Shown here: positions 8,836 to 20,477 of the stretch, in pieces | Layout: the number at the start of each line of letters is the position of its first letter | Numbering within the stretch: position 1 is the first letter of the stretch | NCBI GenBank assembly: GCA_964019425.1 | Contig: OZ025782.1 | Location: 124,001 to 188,000 of the forward strand | DNA: 64,000 nt | Direction: 5' to 3' | Source of the DNA: Flectonema sp. DT1601 | Taxonomy: Eukaryota | Program-made: the position numbers and the translations under genes | Notes under the pieces: model-generated | What the model saw: the letters and a program-made list of their open reading frames with translations, nothing else | What the model was told of the DNA's origin: nothing | Database searches by the model: none

Positions 8836-11649
8836 GAATAGTATTTCAGTGAGATAATAACATCGCTTACGTGAAGTGGTTGCACTTCGCCTGCGAGTTG
8901 TCCGTAAAGAAGGAGAACAAAAGAAAGAACATTCCACGTTTTCGTTGAGGCAAAAACTTGCAATGCAAAGTAAAAACAATCCAAGTTAAAGAATAATTTA
9001 TTGCCCAGACCTCCTTGGTCAAGTGAGTCCTGAACGTTATTCTTCACTAGGTAGTCCCGTAAACAATTTCTACGAAGCGCTAATGCCCACAGGATTTATT
9101 TCTCATTTTTACTTTGCTTTTTTTGCTAATTTCCGGGTCATAAGTGCGCTCATTCCTTGAAAGAAATATCCCGCTTCAGAAAAGGTGGTCAGCCTATCGT
9201 TGGCGGATGGTGCTGCGAATGTATTTCACTGCCATCTGGGACTTTGGTAAAGTCTTGTTGGCGGTTGGTTTTTAAGGGACGTTGATAAAAAAAAAAGGAA
9301 AGAAACGAAAATACTTATTACACGAAAAACAATAACATCACTTGCTAAATAATATAATTCTCTGTCGCCATTCAATAGAAGGAGGCATTGTCTTTTTTTT
9401 TTTTTTCTTCTTTTTTTTGATGAGAAGCAACAACTTGTAGATCCTAATGAATCTCTTTTTTGCAGCAGAAATTGGGAAAGAAGAAAAAGAAAAGGAAAAA
9501 AAAATCCCAGACACCTGGTCTGAGGGGTGATACTCATTCTAAACTGAAAAACCTGTTTCTTGTTTTTTTTTGTTTTTATTGTGCGTTGGTAACTGCCTGT
9601 GTTTGATACTACCGAATCCCAGTAACTAAGAATCCTCCTTGGTCAGGGGAGATTTTCTCAGTAGAAGGGAAATCTCTATAAGAATATCGATAGTTACCAA
9701 ATAGTGTGTGGTTTTCACATTTCCACTTCTCGTCAGGGAAATAGTTAAAAAAACTGTTAAGAACATCACCAGAAATTGTTAAAAAGTATCGCCATTCCCA
9801 TTAGAGACAAAAATACTTATTTCAGTTATCTCACTAAAGAATCCTCCTTGGTCAGGGGAGATCGTTACAAGCAGCTGAATTCGTATTGTCAAAAGGGAAA
9901 ACGACGAGTCTATTGTACCCCCCTACTGCTTCTATTCTTGTACGTATCAACAAATAGACCTCCTTGGTCAGGGGAGGCTGTCTCAGTAAACAAAATCAGT
10001 CAACCGAATGTTGGTCAGGAGAGAGTAACGCACTCTGGCTGTTGTAATTGTCACCAAAGAAGCTTCCTTGGTCAGGGGAAGCTGCCACAGTGCAAAAATA
10101 AATACAAATGAACTTAGCAACGTACTACACACCAACCAGTAAGTCACCTCAGTCATAAAAAAAAAAAAAAACAGATTCATCACCAAAAAAAAAAAAAAAA
10201 AAAAAAGAGATTTAGATAATTCTCGATAGCATAAAAATAATAAATAAATAAATAAGGAAAATAATAATAAGAAAGAGGATCACGTGAATCGCGTATCCAC
10301 TTTTTTTTTTTTTTTTTTCAGGTTTAACCAAAAAAAAAAAAAAAAAAAGCCCTCCCACATAACATGACAGCGGTGGATCTTCCTAATACGTTTTTTTTTT
10401 TTTTTTTTTTTTTAAAATACCAATGCAAAGGACTTGATATATGAAAATATTGATAATAATAAAAACAGGTGTCAACAACATACGAAAAAAAAAAAGAAAT
10501 TGCAGACTGTTCAGTAGTAGTAGTCTGCTGATAAAAAAAAAAAAACAAAAAAAACAACGACAACTGATTGATAAAAAAGAGAACAAACTCATAATAAAAA
10601 AAAACCGACTTCTACAAAAGAAACAAATAACACTAAAACAAAAAAAAAACCACCAAGACAAGGTGGATGGGTGTGGCAGGTGAAGCTTTCACCACCGCTA
10701 AGATCTCCTTTCTGTTGAAGACCATCACGATAGCTGGTTAATAACTTCCAGTCCAAATTTCAGTTCTTTCTGAAGTACAATATTTTTTTTTTTTTGGTGG
10801 CAAAAAAAATCACTAATTTTTATAACAGTTTTTTTTCGTTAAATTAAAACAATTCAATTTTTTTTTTTGAGTCGTAACTCCCACAGTAGTAAGAGCTTTA
10901 TAACCAACATGCGTATCGCGATCAACGTCTTCTTTTGTCCTTAATCAGTTTGACTAACTTCCGCAGAATCTTTTTTTTTATTCAACTTGGAGAACAGTTT
11001 AGATTGAATCGCACTAAATTTATACTAATATCTCAGCAATCCATCGTTCTTGTAATTATCACTGGCGATCATCCGAATGTCTTCCACTTTGTCATCTTTT
11101 TTTTTTTTAAGAGTTAAAGTAACCCTGGAAAGACATGAGTTTTGTTATGAAATAGTGCACCAAATCAAAATTTTAAAAAAAACCTCTGCTGCCATAGGCC
11201 GTATAATACTATTGCTTGCCATTTTCTTCATGCTGATTGAGTAGAGTGTGTTTTATAACTTTTTTTTTTTTTTTTTTTTTTGATATTTTTAAATAACTAG
11301 ACGTTTCGAAGAAATTTGAAAAGCTGTTGCAAATAATTATGAACCGCCATACACAATTCACTTCAAAAACAAGAAAAGTTCCCCCTCGAGAGAAAGATGT
11401 AAACAACATTCTGACTCAAAGGGGAAAAAAAGAAATACCAAAAACTAAAACCAGCACATTCAACAATATGAAAGTAATGCTGAAAACGCAATCTTGCGAA
11501 CACATTTCATACGATGGATGTAAAATGGGGGACCGCGGGAGGGATTACCTAAGCTACTGTGCACTGTGAGGGAGAAAATTTCTGTGGCAGTTACTTTAGC
11601 AATTAATTTGTTTTCTTTCAATAATTCAAATCGTGGTGTCCACAGACTT

Positions 11650-13296
11650 CTACAAAGACTTGGCGTTCTGACGGATGTACTCCTCCATCTCCTTGGTGTT
11701 ACGTCCACCCTCGAACTTCAGGATCTGTTTATTTATTTATTTCATTGTATCTACAAAACTATATTGTTCAGTAGTTGCGTCAGTGTGACTAACCCATTTC
11801 AGGATTTATTTCGTACCCGCTGAGCACAAGTAAAATATTGTCCTCATCCTCACTCACTCACTCGCTCAGCAAATGAAAAAGAAACTCAATAACAACAATC
11901 AGGTGATTAACATACCTCGTTGCTTCCAGAAGGAACGAACATGAGGGTAGGGAATCCCTGAACATCGAATCCCTTTGGTGCGTCGTTGGTGGTGGCGTCG
12001 AACTTGGCGATCACGACGTTCTCGTCGTTCTCGAAGTTCTTGGCAAGTGCCTCGTAGTCAGGGATCATCGACTTGCAGTGTCCACACCATGGAGCGTAGA
12101 ACTTGATGAAGACGTCCTTCTTCTCATCGAACACGATGTCCTTGAAGGTGCTTCCGACCAAAACGGTAAGTCCGTCAGTGGTTGGGTTCTCTGGGGCTTC
12201 GTCAGACTTGACAGTTGGCACCAACTTGCCGGCAGCCCAGTCTCCAACCCAGTTGGCGAAGTCCTCAGAGGCGAGGGACTTGGTCTCATCGAATCCGAAG
12301 TGCTCACCGTTGTCGTCAATTCCGAATGCTGGCCAAACCTTTCCGGAAAGTCCAACTCTTCCGGCCATCTGTCCGTACTGGACTCCGCTCAACCAAACCA
12401 TGCTCATCTTTCCCTTTACGCTCTCAGCAAGCTTCTCAACGGCGTCCTTGGCCTCCTGGGTGTTGTCGGCAGCTGGGTCAACAAACAACCATCCGAGTGG
12501 AATACCACGGTCAACGTACGACTTGTAGTTGTCAGGTCCGATCTCAGCGAACAATCTGAAGCTTGAGGCCTTGATGAACTCGACGGCGGTGGCAGCGTCG
12601 AACTTCTCGGCAACGTCCTTCTTGCTGTCGAAGGACTTGTACACAACAAGTCCTGGGGCGGCAACTCCTTCAGCCTTGGCAACGTCAGCGCTGTACACGG
12701 CTCCGAAGACGTGGTCAGAGCGCTTCTGCTTTGCGAGCTTTGAGAACGCCTTGGCGTCGTCACTCTCAGCAGACTCGAAGAAACCAACAACGACAACTTC
12801 GTGAGCCGCCTGGAAGGCAGTGAGTTCCTCGGCATTGGCGACTTCCTTCACAGCTGGTCCAGACATCTTCTTCACCCATGATACGATGTCAGCTGAGGTT
12901 CTTCCTCCCTCGTAGTCACTCACCTCTCCGTCAATGAAGGCCTTGATGGTTGGGTATCCCTGGACTCCGTACTGCTGACCAAGGTCCGACTCGATGGTGG
13001 CATCAACCTGTCGGGGATTATTATGTTAACGTTGAGTACTACCCCTTGACCCAAAGACAGTATTCTATTTAAATAACACATACCTTGACAAGAGTCGCGG
13101 TTCCCTTCAACTCGGTGGCGGCGGCCTCCCACTCAGGAGTGAGCTTCTTGCAGTGACCACACCATGGAGCGTAGAACTCAGCGAGCATGATTCCCTCAGC
13201 AGTTGAGAGTTCCTTCCAGTTGGATGCCTCTCCGACGACAACGTCGGAGGCGGCGGCGACGCCGAGCATCGCGAGAGCTGCGAAAATGGTACGCAT
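11650..13296 (-). CDS. PDI: Protein disulfide isomerase A1 (a-b-b'-a'), 459 aa, 3 exons
   Basis: Exons 13296-13084, 13007-11916, 11724-11650; GT-AG introns of 76 and 191 nt, both phase 0. Signal peptide, two WCGHC sites, C-terminus ...IRQNAKSL*. Confidence 0.95.
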
Positions 13297-14883
13297 TGTT
13301 AATAGCTGTTGGGAAAAAGTGATGGTTGTTACAAAAAGAAAACAAAAGATAGAAAACTACCTTTGGATGAATGGAGTAGAAGGTCAACCAACTTTCCTGC
13401 GTAGTGCGTGAGCACAATTGCTTCAGCTACATACCAATCGAGGCCGACGCTAACATTTTATTACCGTTGAGAGAGAATAGTTTTAAACTAGTGAACGAAT
13501 TCAATAATTATATCAAAACAAGAGAGGAAGATGATATCTTTTCCGTCGAATGACAGAAAAAGGGAAGGAAGATTTTTTTTTTCTTTTAAAAAACAAGTAA
13601 TCGTGTCGGGTAAACTGATAATGTCTGAAGAACGTTATCGCCGGTGAAAATAAAGTAAAAAAGAGTGTGTGAGTATGTGCGAAACAATCAAATTTTCTTA
13701 CTATCTTTTGAGAGAAAAGTTCAGCACAGTAACCCCAAGATGAACGCAATGTATATCAGAAGCAGATTGGCTGGGGGAGTCCAAGATAGATGACTCCAAA
13801 AAAAACCAAATTAAAAAAAAAAAAAAAAAAAAAACTCCCAAAATTATATAAACAAGTAACAAGCTACTAGTCCCAACATATTTGGGGTTATTAGGGTCGA
13901 AGAAAATAATAAATAATTAAAGATTTGGTTCACCATATTTTTCACTGAACAAGAGGGTGTGCCAAAAAAAAAAAAAATTGAAAATAATAGAAAAATTAAA
14001 TGCTATTTTGCATATAGAAAAGGAAAACGATAAGATAGTAGAAAAGACTGAGTAAGAAAGAAGATAATTTCGATTCGTTTAAATTTCCGGTTTGCAGTCA
14101 GAATGTCGCAACTAGCCTTCAATCACCGATCCAGTCTTCAAAATAGAATTGTATGTATGTCTTGACATAAATTATTTCACAAAAATCGTAATATAACACT
14201 GTTGATTGTGCAAAAAAAAAAAAAAAAAAAAAAAAAACGAAATTTTAGGCAAGAGGGACGATAAGTACTTTATGCTTATGGAACTATTAAGCTCCAGTAA
14301 GTCAATAAGAAAATTTAGTTATCACATTGTATGCAATACTAATGGGAGAATTTGACGGCGAGGATACTCTATATAATATGGAGATAGTCGGTACTGCTCT
14401 CCAAGTTAATAAACCAAGAAAAGAGAGAACAACAGTCAGATTTCATTAGAAATGAATACCAACTTGACCACCTCAAAACATTAATAAGCAACTCGCGGTA
14501 TTAAAACTTTTTAGTTAAATAAAGAGGAAAATAATTGAGAGGGAGCAGTACCGGTAAGAGACATAAAAAGCTCTGGTACAAATATTAATCTCCAACGTGT
14601 AGGGGGATGTATGTTCGATTTTGTAAAAATTACAACTGTGCTGGTATCGTAAAAACATAAAGATAATTTAACATTAGTTTTAAATACATGGCGTGACTTA
14701 AGGGTATTTTCGAGGGTTAAAATTATACTCTTCGCTCCCGAGACAAAGAACCATGGCAATAATAAAAATTGTATAAAAAAAAAAAAAAAAAAAAAAGGTT
14801 TCCAAACATACAAAACAAAAGCAACTGAGTTTATATTGAGAAGTTAACAGCTTGGCAAAAATCGAAGTAGACATAAATAAGTT

Positions 14884-15636
14884 TTACAATCTAATATTTC
14901 TGATACCAACTGCTAATGTCCTCGGAATTCTAAACACAGCTCTTCTCTTTTCGTCTACTAAGAAATACGAAACACCATTCTCCGTGTCAGCTAAACTACC
15001 GTCGCTGTCATTTGAGTCGCTGTCGCTTGAAGGGGCGTCTCTATATTTAATCAGGTCGTATGAAATACAACAACATGGACAGTATTTTCCCTTGTTTGTA
15101 GTATCGTGAACAAGTGCACAACGAAAATGCATCACATGGTGACATGTAGCTCTGAACTTTCTCGTACAAAACTGAGAAACCTGTCCTGAAAGAGGCTTCA
15201 GACACAAACCGCAGTCGATTTGTGCGCAGCGAGCATACTCAAACGATCTAACCCATTTCCGTTGACCAGTGAGGCCTTGCTTGTAGATGCTGCCCACAGA
15301 GCTTTCATAGCGAGTGATGACGTATTTCGATTTCTCCTCGACTTTCCCACCAACTAGGTATTCACAAGGTGCTCCTCCTAGTCTTACAGCCACGTATGTT
15401 TTAGAACAGCTATTACAAACACGTTTATTCTTTACGTGATAGTTGAAATTTTCAATCTCTCGAGCTGGGATGACAGGAACTCTCTGAGATGAGCATTTCG
15501 AACAGACGACATCACCACAACATCTACAATGGTGTTTTCTCGTTGTGATTCCGAATTCTACTCCACATTCCTTACAGTAGCTGACTTCCGACTCTGGAAC
15601 CCAAAAACTGCGGTTAGCGTGTGTTAGGAGACCCAT
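14884..15636 (-). CDS. FYVE zinc finger plus RING-H2-like protein, 250 aa
   Basis: WVPES..CKEC..F..TTRKHHCRCCGDVVCSKCS..RVCNSC (FYVE) and CGLC...CHHVMHFRC...CPCC (RING-H2-like). Confidence 0.85.
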   Translation of the reverse strand: MGLLTHANRSFWVPESEVSYCKECGVEFGITTRKHHCRCCGDVVCSKCSSQRVPVIPAREIENFNYHVKNKRVCNSCSKTYVAVRLGGAPCEYLVGGKVEEKSKYVITRYESSVGSIYKQGLTGQRKWVRSFEYARCAQIDCGLCLKPLSGQVSQFCTRKFRATCHHVMHFRCALVHDTTNKGKYCPCCCISYDLIKYRDAPSSDSDSNDSDGSLADTENGVSYFLVDEKRRAVFRIPRTLAVGIRNIRL

Positions 15637-15868
15637 TTTAATATTACGATTTTTTTTTTTTTTGAGTAAAAAACAAACCTGTTTAAGTTAAGTAAGAATG
15701 ATTAGTGACTAGAATCATCATTATTGTCATATTTTACTTTCTCTCCCTCAAAATCACATTTATAACATCCTGAAGAAGGAAAAAAAAAAATCGTAAGTAT
15801 TGAAACCAAAACCACACCAAAAAAAGAAAAAACAAAGAAACAAGATTAATAATAATATTATAAAGCAT

Positions 15869-15997
15869 AGATGAAAGTGCCCTCCAAATTTGGAGGGCGC
15901 CTGGTGAAAATCAGCCACAAAATTTTGTAGGGCCAAAATAGGGCCAAAACCCTACAAGCGCCCTACACGCCCCCCAAATTGTAGGGCACTTCCATCT
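15869..15997. mobile_element. MITE-like element, 129 bp, with ~31 bp imperfect terminal inverted repeats
   Basis: Left end AGATGAAAGTGCCCTCCAAATTTGGAGGGCG; reverse complement of right end AGATGGAAGTGCCCTACAATTTGGGGGGCG. Internal GCCCTAC/GTAGGGC motifs repeat. It is a GC-rich island in AT-rich spacer with no clean target-site duplication. Confidence 0.65.
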
Positions 15998-16155
15998 GTT
16001 AAAGAGAAGTTTTAATTAATTTCTTTTTTTTTTTTTGTATAAATTTATGTGACTTTCCTTCGTTTTCGTCGAATTAGTTATGGTAAACAGGAGCTTTGCT
16101 CAACTTTGGTAAGCAGGTTGAGCTACAGCTGTGTAAAAATAAATTAAATACATTT

Positions 16156-17842
16156 CTAAAGAGACTTTGCGTACTTGCGAATGAACTTTTCCATCTCTCG
16201 GGTATTACGACCCGCTTCATAAGGGAGTATCTGTATTTGAGTAGATTAATTTTAATTTCGAAAATGAAAAAAAAAAAAAAAAAAGAATTGGCTTTTTATC
16301 TTAAAACTATACAGAAAATAGTAATACATCAACTGTGATTTTTTTTGTTTGTGTCACGAAACTCCGACTTAAACTGATAAAGCTAAAGGAGGTTTACGTG
16401 TGCTGCCCAACATTCTTTTTCGTTCTTACAATACTTGTTAAATGCAAAAAAAAAAGAAAAAACATACTGTTTTAGAAGAGTCCGCTGGAACAAATACTAT
16501 CGTTGGGTACCCTTGAACGTTAATTTGCTTTGGAACGTCGTTGGTAGTTCCGTCGAGTTTCGCAATAATCACATTTTCATTTTTCTCAAAAGTTTCTGCA
16601 ATTGCTTCGAACAGTGGAGTCATGTTCTTGCAATGGCCACACCATGGAGCGTGAAACATAATAAAAACATCTTTCTTTGAATCAAAGACTATTTCTTTAA
16701 ACGTATCTCCAACAATAGTTGTGATGCCTTTGACTGTTGCAACTTCAGGGAGAGGATCAGATCTGATTTGAGGTTCAATCTTCCCTTCACCCCAGTTAGT
16801 AACCCACTGTTGAAACTCATTAGAATTGAAGGCAATGTTTTCCCTATCGTAACTGTAAAAGGTTCCCTTGTTATCAATACCAAAAACTGGCCAGTCTTCT
16901 GTGTGAATACCAACACGTGCAGCCATCTGTCCATACATCTTACCGTCTACCCAAACCATACTAATTTTCCCAACTAGTTTTTTAGCTGCCTTTAGTATTG
17001 CTTCTTTCGCTATTGCTGTCTTCTCGGCGTCGCTGGGGTCAACAAACAGCCAACCAATTGGAATTCCTCTTTTGGAATAGGCTTTAAAAGTATCAATTGT
17101 AATCTCAGCAAACAGCGGGAAGCTGTTTAATTCGATAAAATCGAGAACCTTCACGGAATCAAACTTAGCAATGGCTGTATTTGGATCAAAGTCTTTGTAA
17201 ACTGCGATACCTGGAACTGAAACACCTTCAGCCTTGGCGAGTTCAGTGTTGTGAGAAACCCCAAAGACATGTACTGTTCTGTGATCTTCTGCGATTTTCT
17301 GGTAAGCAGCGAAGTCTGTACTATCAGGTTCAAGGTAAGCCACCACGACGATATTGGATGAGCCTTTAAAGGTATTTAGCTGCTCAGCATCATTAAGTGT
17401 TTTAACAGCTGGTCCTGCTCTCATGTTCACCCATGATACAATTTCAGCTGAAGTTCTTCCACCATTGTATTCTGAGGTTTTTCCTTCAATAAAAACTATT
17501 ACTGTTGGATAGGATTCAATGTTGAATTTATCAGCAATACTATTCTCTACAGTTGCATCGATCTGTGATTCGTTGTTTTCATTTTAATAATACGAACAAA
17601 ACGATATTTCATAATCATCCTAAAGAGTTTCATACCTTTACTAAAGTTGCTATTCCCTGCAGCTCTGCAGCAGCAGTTTCCCATACTGGTGCTAGTTTCT
17701 TGCAGTAACCACACCAGGGAGCATAGAACTCAGCTAGCATAACTTTGTGTGTCACAAGTTCGTCCCAATTTGATGCATTACCAACCACTACATTAGCCAA
17801 TGCGAATGTCGCAAGTGAAAGTAATACCAACAGTGTTTTCAT
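16156..17842 (-). CDS. PDI: Protein disulfide isomerase B (divergent paralog), 458 aa, 3 exons
   Basis: Exons 17842-17636, 17562-16468, 16230-16156; introns at the same positions as PDI-A. Sites WCGYC and WCGHC; ends ...IRKYAKSL*. Confidence 0.92.
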
Positions 17843-18287
17843 ATTGTAAGGGTTTCCTGTTTTGGAATGATTGAGTCGACACATTAAAGACGCAGCACAA
17901 GTATTGATTTTTAGTTATCTGTCATTAGTTGAAGGGGTGTTACAGTTGCCCCCGTATCCATATCCATTAGACAGGTGACCTTTAAAAAGCTTTTTAATTT
18001 CACTACAGCGAAGGTGTTTTAAATCTAATCACCCATCTCAGACCTGTTGAAAGGATAAATAAAGGTTTCTCGTGCCCAACAAAGTGATATCAAAAAACTA
18101 CTAAAATGGTCTCAAAGAGAAGTAAATTCTCAACAGTAAATTGCTTTCCGATCGAAGAATTGCAATCACACAAACTTGAAAGAGAAGAACGGGGAAATTA
18201 GAAACTATGTGGTCACATTCGCGTACGAATACATATTTCATCTCAGGGAAGGGGTGAGGATAACTCTCTCATCATAAATTTGTTTGT

Positions 18288-19934
18288 TTAGAGCGACTTG
18301 GCGTTCTGACGGATGTACTCCTCCATCTCCTTGGTGTTACGTCCACCCTCGAACTTCAGGATCTGTTTATTTATTTATTTCATTGTATCTACAAAACTAT
18401 ATTGTTCAGTAGTTGCGTCAGTGTGACTAACCCATTTCAGGATTTATTTCGTACCCGCTGAGCACAAGTAAAATATTGTCCTCATCCTCACTCACTCACT
18501 CGCTCAGCAAATGAAAAAGAAACTCAATAACAACAATCAGGTGATTAACATACCTCGTTGCTTCCAGAAGGAACGAACATGAGCGTAGGGAATCCCTGAA
18601 CATCGAATCCCTTTGGTGCGTCGTTGGTGGTGGCGTCGAACTTGGCGATCACGACGTTCTCGTCGTTCTCGAAGTTCTTGGCAAGTGCCTCGTAGTCAGG
18701 GATCATCGACTTGCAGTGTCCACACCATGGAGCGTAGAACTTGATGAAGACGTCCTTCTTCTCATCGAACACGATGTCCTTGAAGGTGCTTCCGACCAAA
18801 ACGGTAAGTCCGTCAGTGGTTGGGTTCTCTGGGGCTTCGTCAGACTTGACAGTTGGCACCAACTTGCCGGCAGCCCAGTCTCCAACCCAGCTGGCGAAGT
18901 CCTCAGAGGCGAGGGACTTGGTCTCATCGAATCCGAAGTGCTCACCGTTGTCGTCAATTCCGAATGCTGGCCAAACCTTTCCGGAAAGTCCAACTCTGCT
19001 GGCCATCTGTCCGTACTGGACTCCGCTCAACCAAACCATGCTCATCTTTCCCTTTACGCTCTCAGCAAGCTTCTCAACGGCGTCCTTGGCCTCCTGGGTG
19101 TTGTCGGCAGCTGGGTCAACAAACAACCATCCGAGTGGAATACCACGGTCAACGTACGACTTGTAGTTGTCAGGTCCGATCTCAGCGAACAATCTGAAGC
19201 TTGAGGCCTTGATGAACTCGACGGCGGTGGCAGCGTCGAACTTCTCGGCAACGTCCTTCTTGCTGTCGAAGGACTTGTACACAACAAGTCCTGGGGCGGC
19301 AACTCCTTCAGCCTTGGCAACGTCAGCGCTGTACACGGCTCCGAAGACGTGGTCAGAGCGCTTCTGCTTTGCGAGCTTTGAGAACGCCTTGGCGTCGTCA
19401 CTCTCAGCAGACTCGAAGAAACCAACAACGACAACTTCGTGAGCCGCCTGGAAGGCAGTGAGTTCCTCGGCGTTGGCGACTTCCTTCACAGCTGGTCCAG
19501 ACATCTTCTTCACCCATGATACGATGTCAGCTGAGGTTCTTCCTCCCTCGTAGTCACTCACCTCTCCGTCAATGAAGGCCTTGATGGTTGGGTATCCCTG
19601 GACTGCGTACTGCTGACCAAGGTCCGACTCGATGGTGGCATCAACCTGTCGGGGATTGTTATGTTAACATTGAGTACTACCCCTTGACCCAAAGACAGCA
19701 TTCTATTTAAATAACACATACCTTGACAAGAGTCGCGGTTCCCTTCAACTCGGTGGCGGCGGCCTCCCACTCAGGAGTGAGCTTCTTGCAGTGACCACAC
19801 CATGGAGCGTAGAACTCAGCGAGCATGATTCCCTCAGCAGTTGAGAGTTCCTTCCAGTTGGATGCCTCTCCGACGACAACGTCGGAGGCGGCGGCGACGC
19901 CGAGCATCGCGAGAGCTGCGAAAATAGTGCGCAT
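18288..19934 (-). CDS. PDI: Protein disulfide isomerase A2, 459 aa, 3 exons
   Basis: Exons 19934-19722, 19645-18554, 18362-18288; near-identical to A1 including introns. Confidence 0.95.
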
Positions 19935-20283
19935 TTTGTTAATATCTGACGGGTGAGAACGTTAACTCCACATCAAACAAGATGGAAACTAAGTGGTCGG
20001 TTAGTGCATTAAATGCAACAATGAATTTCTTCATATTGCAATCCTTTGCAATGACAAATACAAATCAAGTAGGCCAAGTAGGCGATGCAATAAATCCTTT
20101 TTTTTTTTTAAAGATAAATGCTATTCGGCCGTGACTCAACAGAAAATTACGATCGTTTAATTCTTGTGTGCTAAAAGTATTCCAATTTTTCAAAAATTAA
20201 AAAGAACACATCCCAGTATATACCGTGGGACCAAGTGAAGGGTACTTGTGTGACTAATTTAGTAAAGTTAGATTAGGATAACT

Positions 20284-20477
20284 ACATTCAACAATATGAA
20301 AGTAATGCTGAAAACGCAATCTTGCGAACACATTTCATTCGATGGATGTAAAATGGGGGACCGCGGGAGGGATTACCTAAGCTACTGTGCACTGTGAGGG
20401 AGAAAATTTCTGTGGCAGTTACTTTAGCAATTAATTTGTTTTCTTTCGATAATTCAAATCGTGGTGTCCACATACTT
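20284..20477. repeat. 3' flank of PDI-A3, near-identical to the 3' flank of PDI-A1 (11456-11649)
   Basis: 194 bp match with 3 visible substitutions; similarity ends abruptly. Confidence 0.9.

Larger units (their letters stand above)
8030..9065. repeat. Tandem A-B-A-B duplication with a degenerate upstream copy
   Basis: 8218-8416 and 8713-8911 are the same 199 bp except one base. 8479-8605 and 8940-9064 are similar B units that share their first ~100 bp with A. 8030-8150 is an internally deleted relative. Confidence 0.9.
8271..10083. ncRNA. Array of 8 copies of a hairpin motif CTCCTT-GGTC-AGGnGAG (candidate structured RNA element)
   Basis: Motif at 8271, 8551, 8766, 9011, 9635, 9844, 9960 and 10061-10083, with a partial copy at 10011. 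The stems show compensatory changes (see findings). Confidence 0.55.

Noticed and set aside
8218..10083. CRISPR-like array
   Set aside because: Eukaryotic context, irregular spacing of 100-600 bp, a core repeat of only ~13 nt, and no cas genes.
8540..10090. Hairpin motif as an HDV-like ribozyme (ACCTCCT..GGT), SRP helix 8 (GGTCAGG..AGC) or tRNA-Pro D-arm (TTGGTCTAGGGG)
   Set aside because: Only short word matches. I could not build P1/P2/P4, a GNRA-capped helix 8 or a cloverleaf with T-arm.
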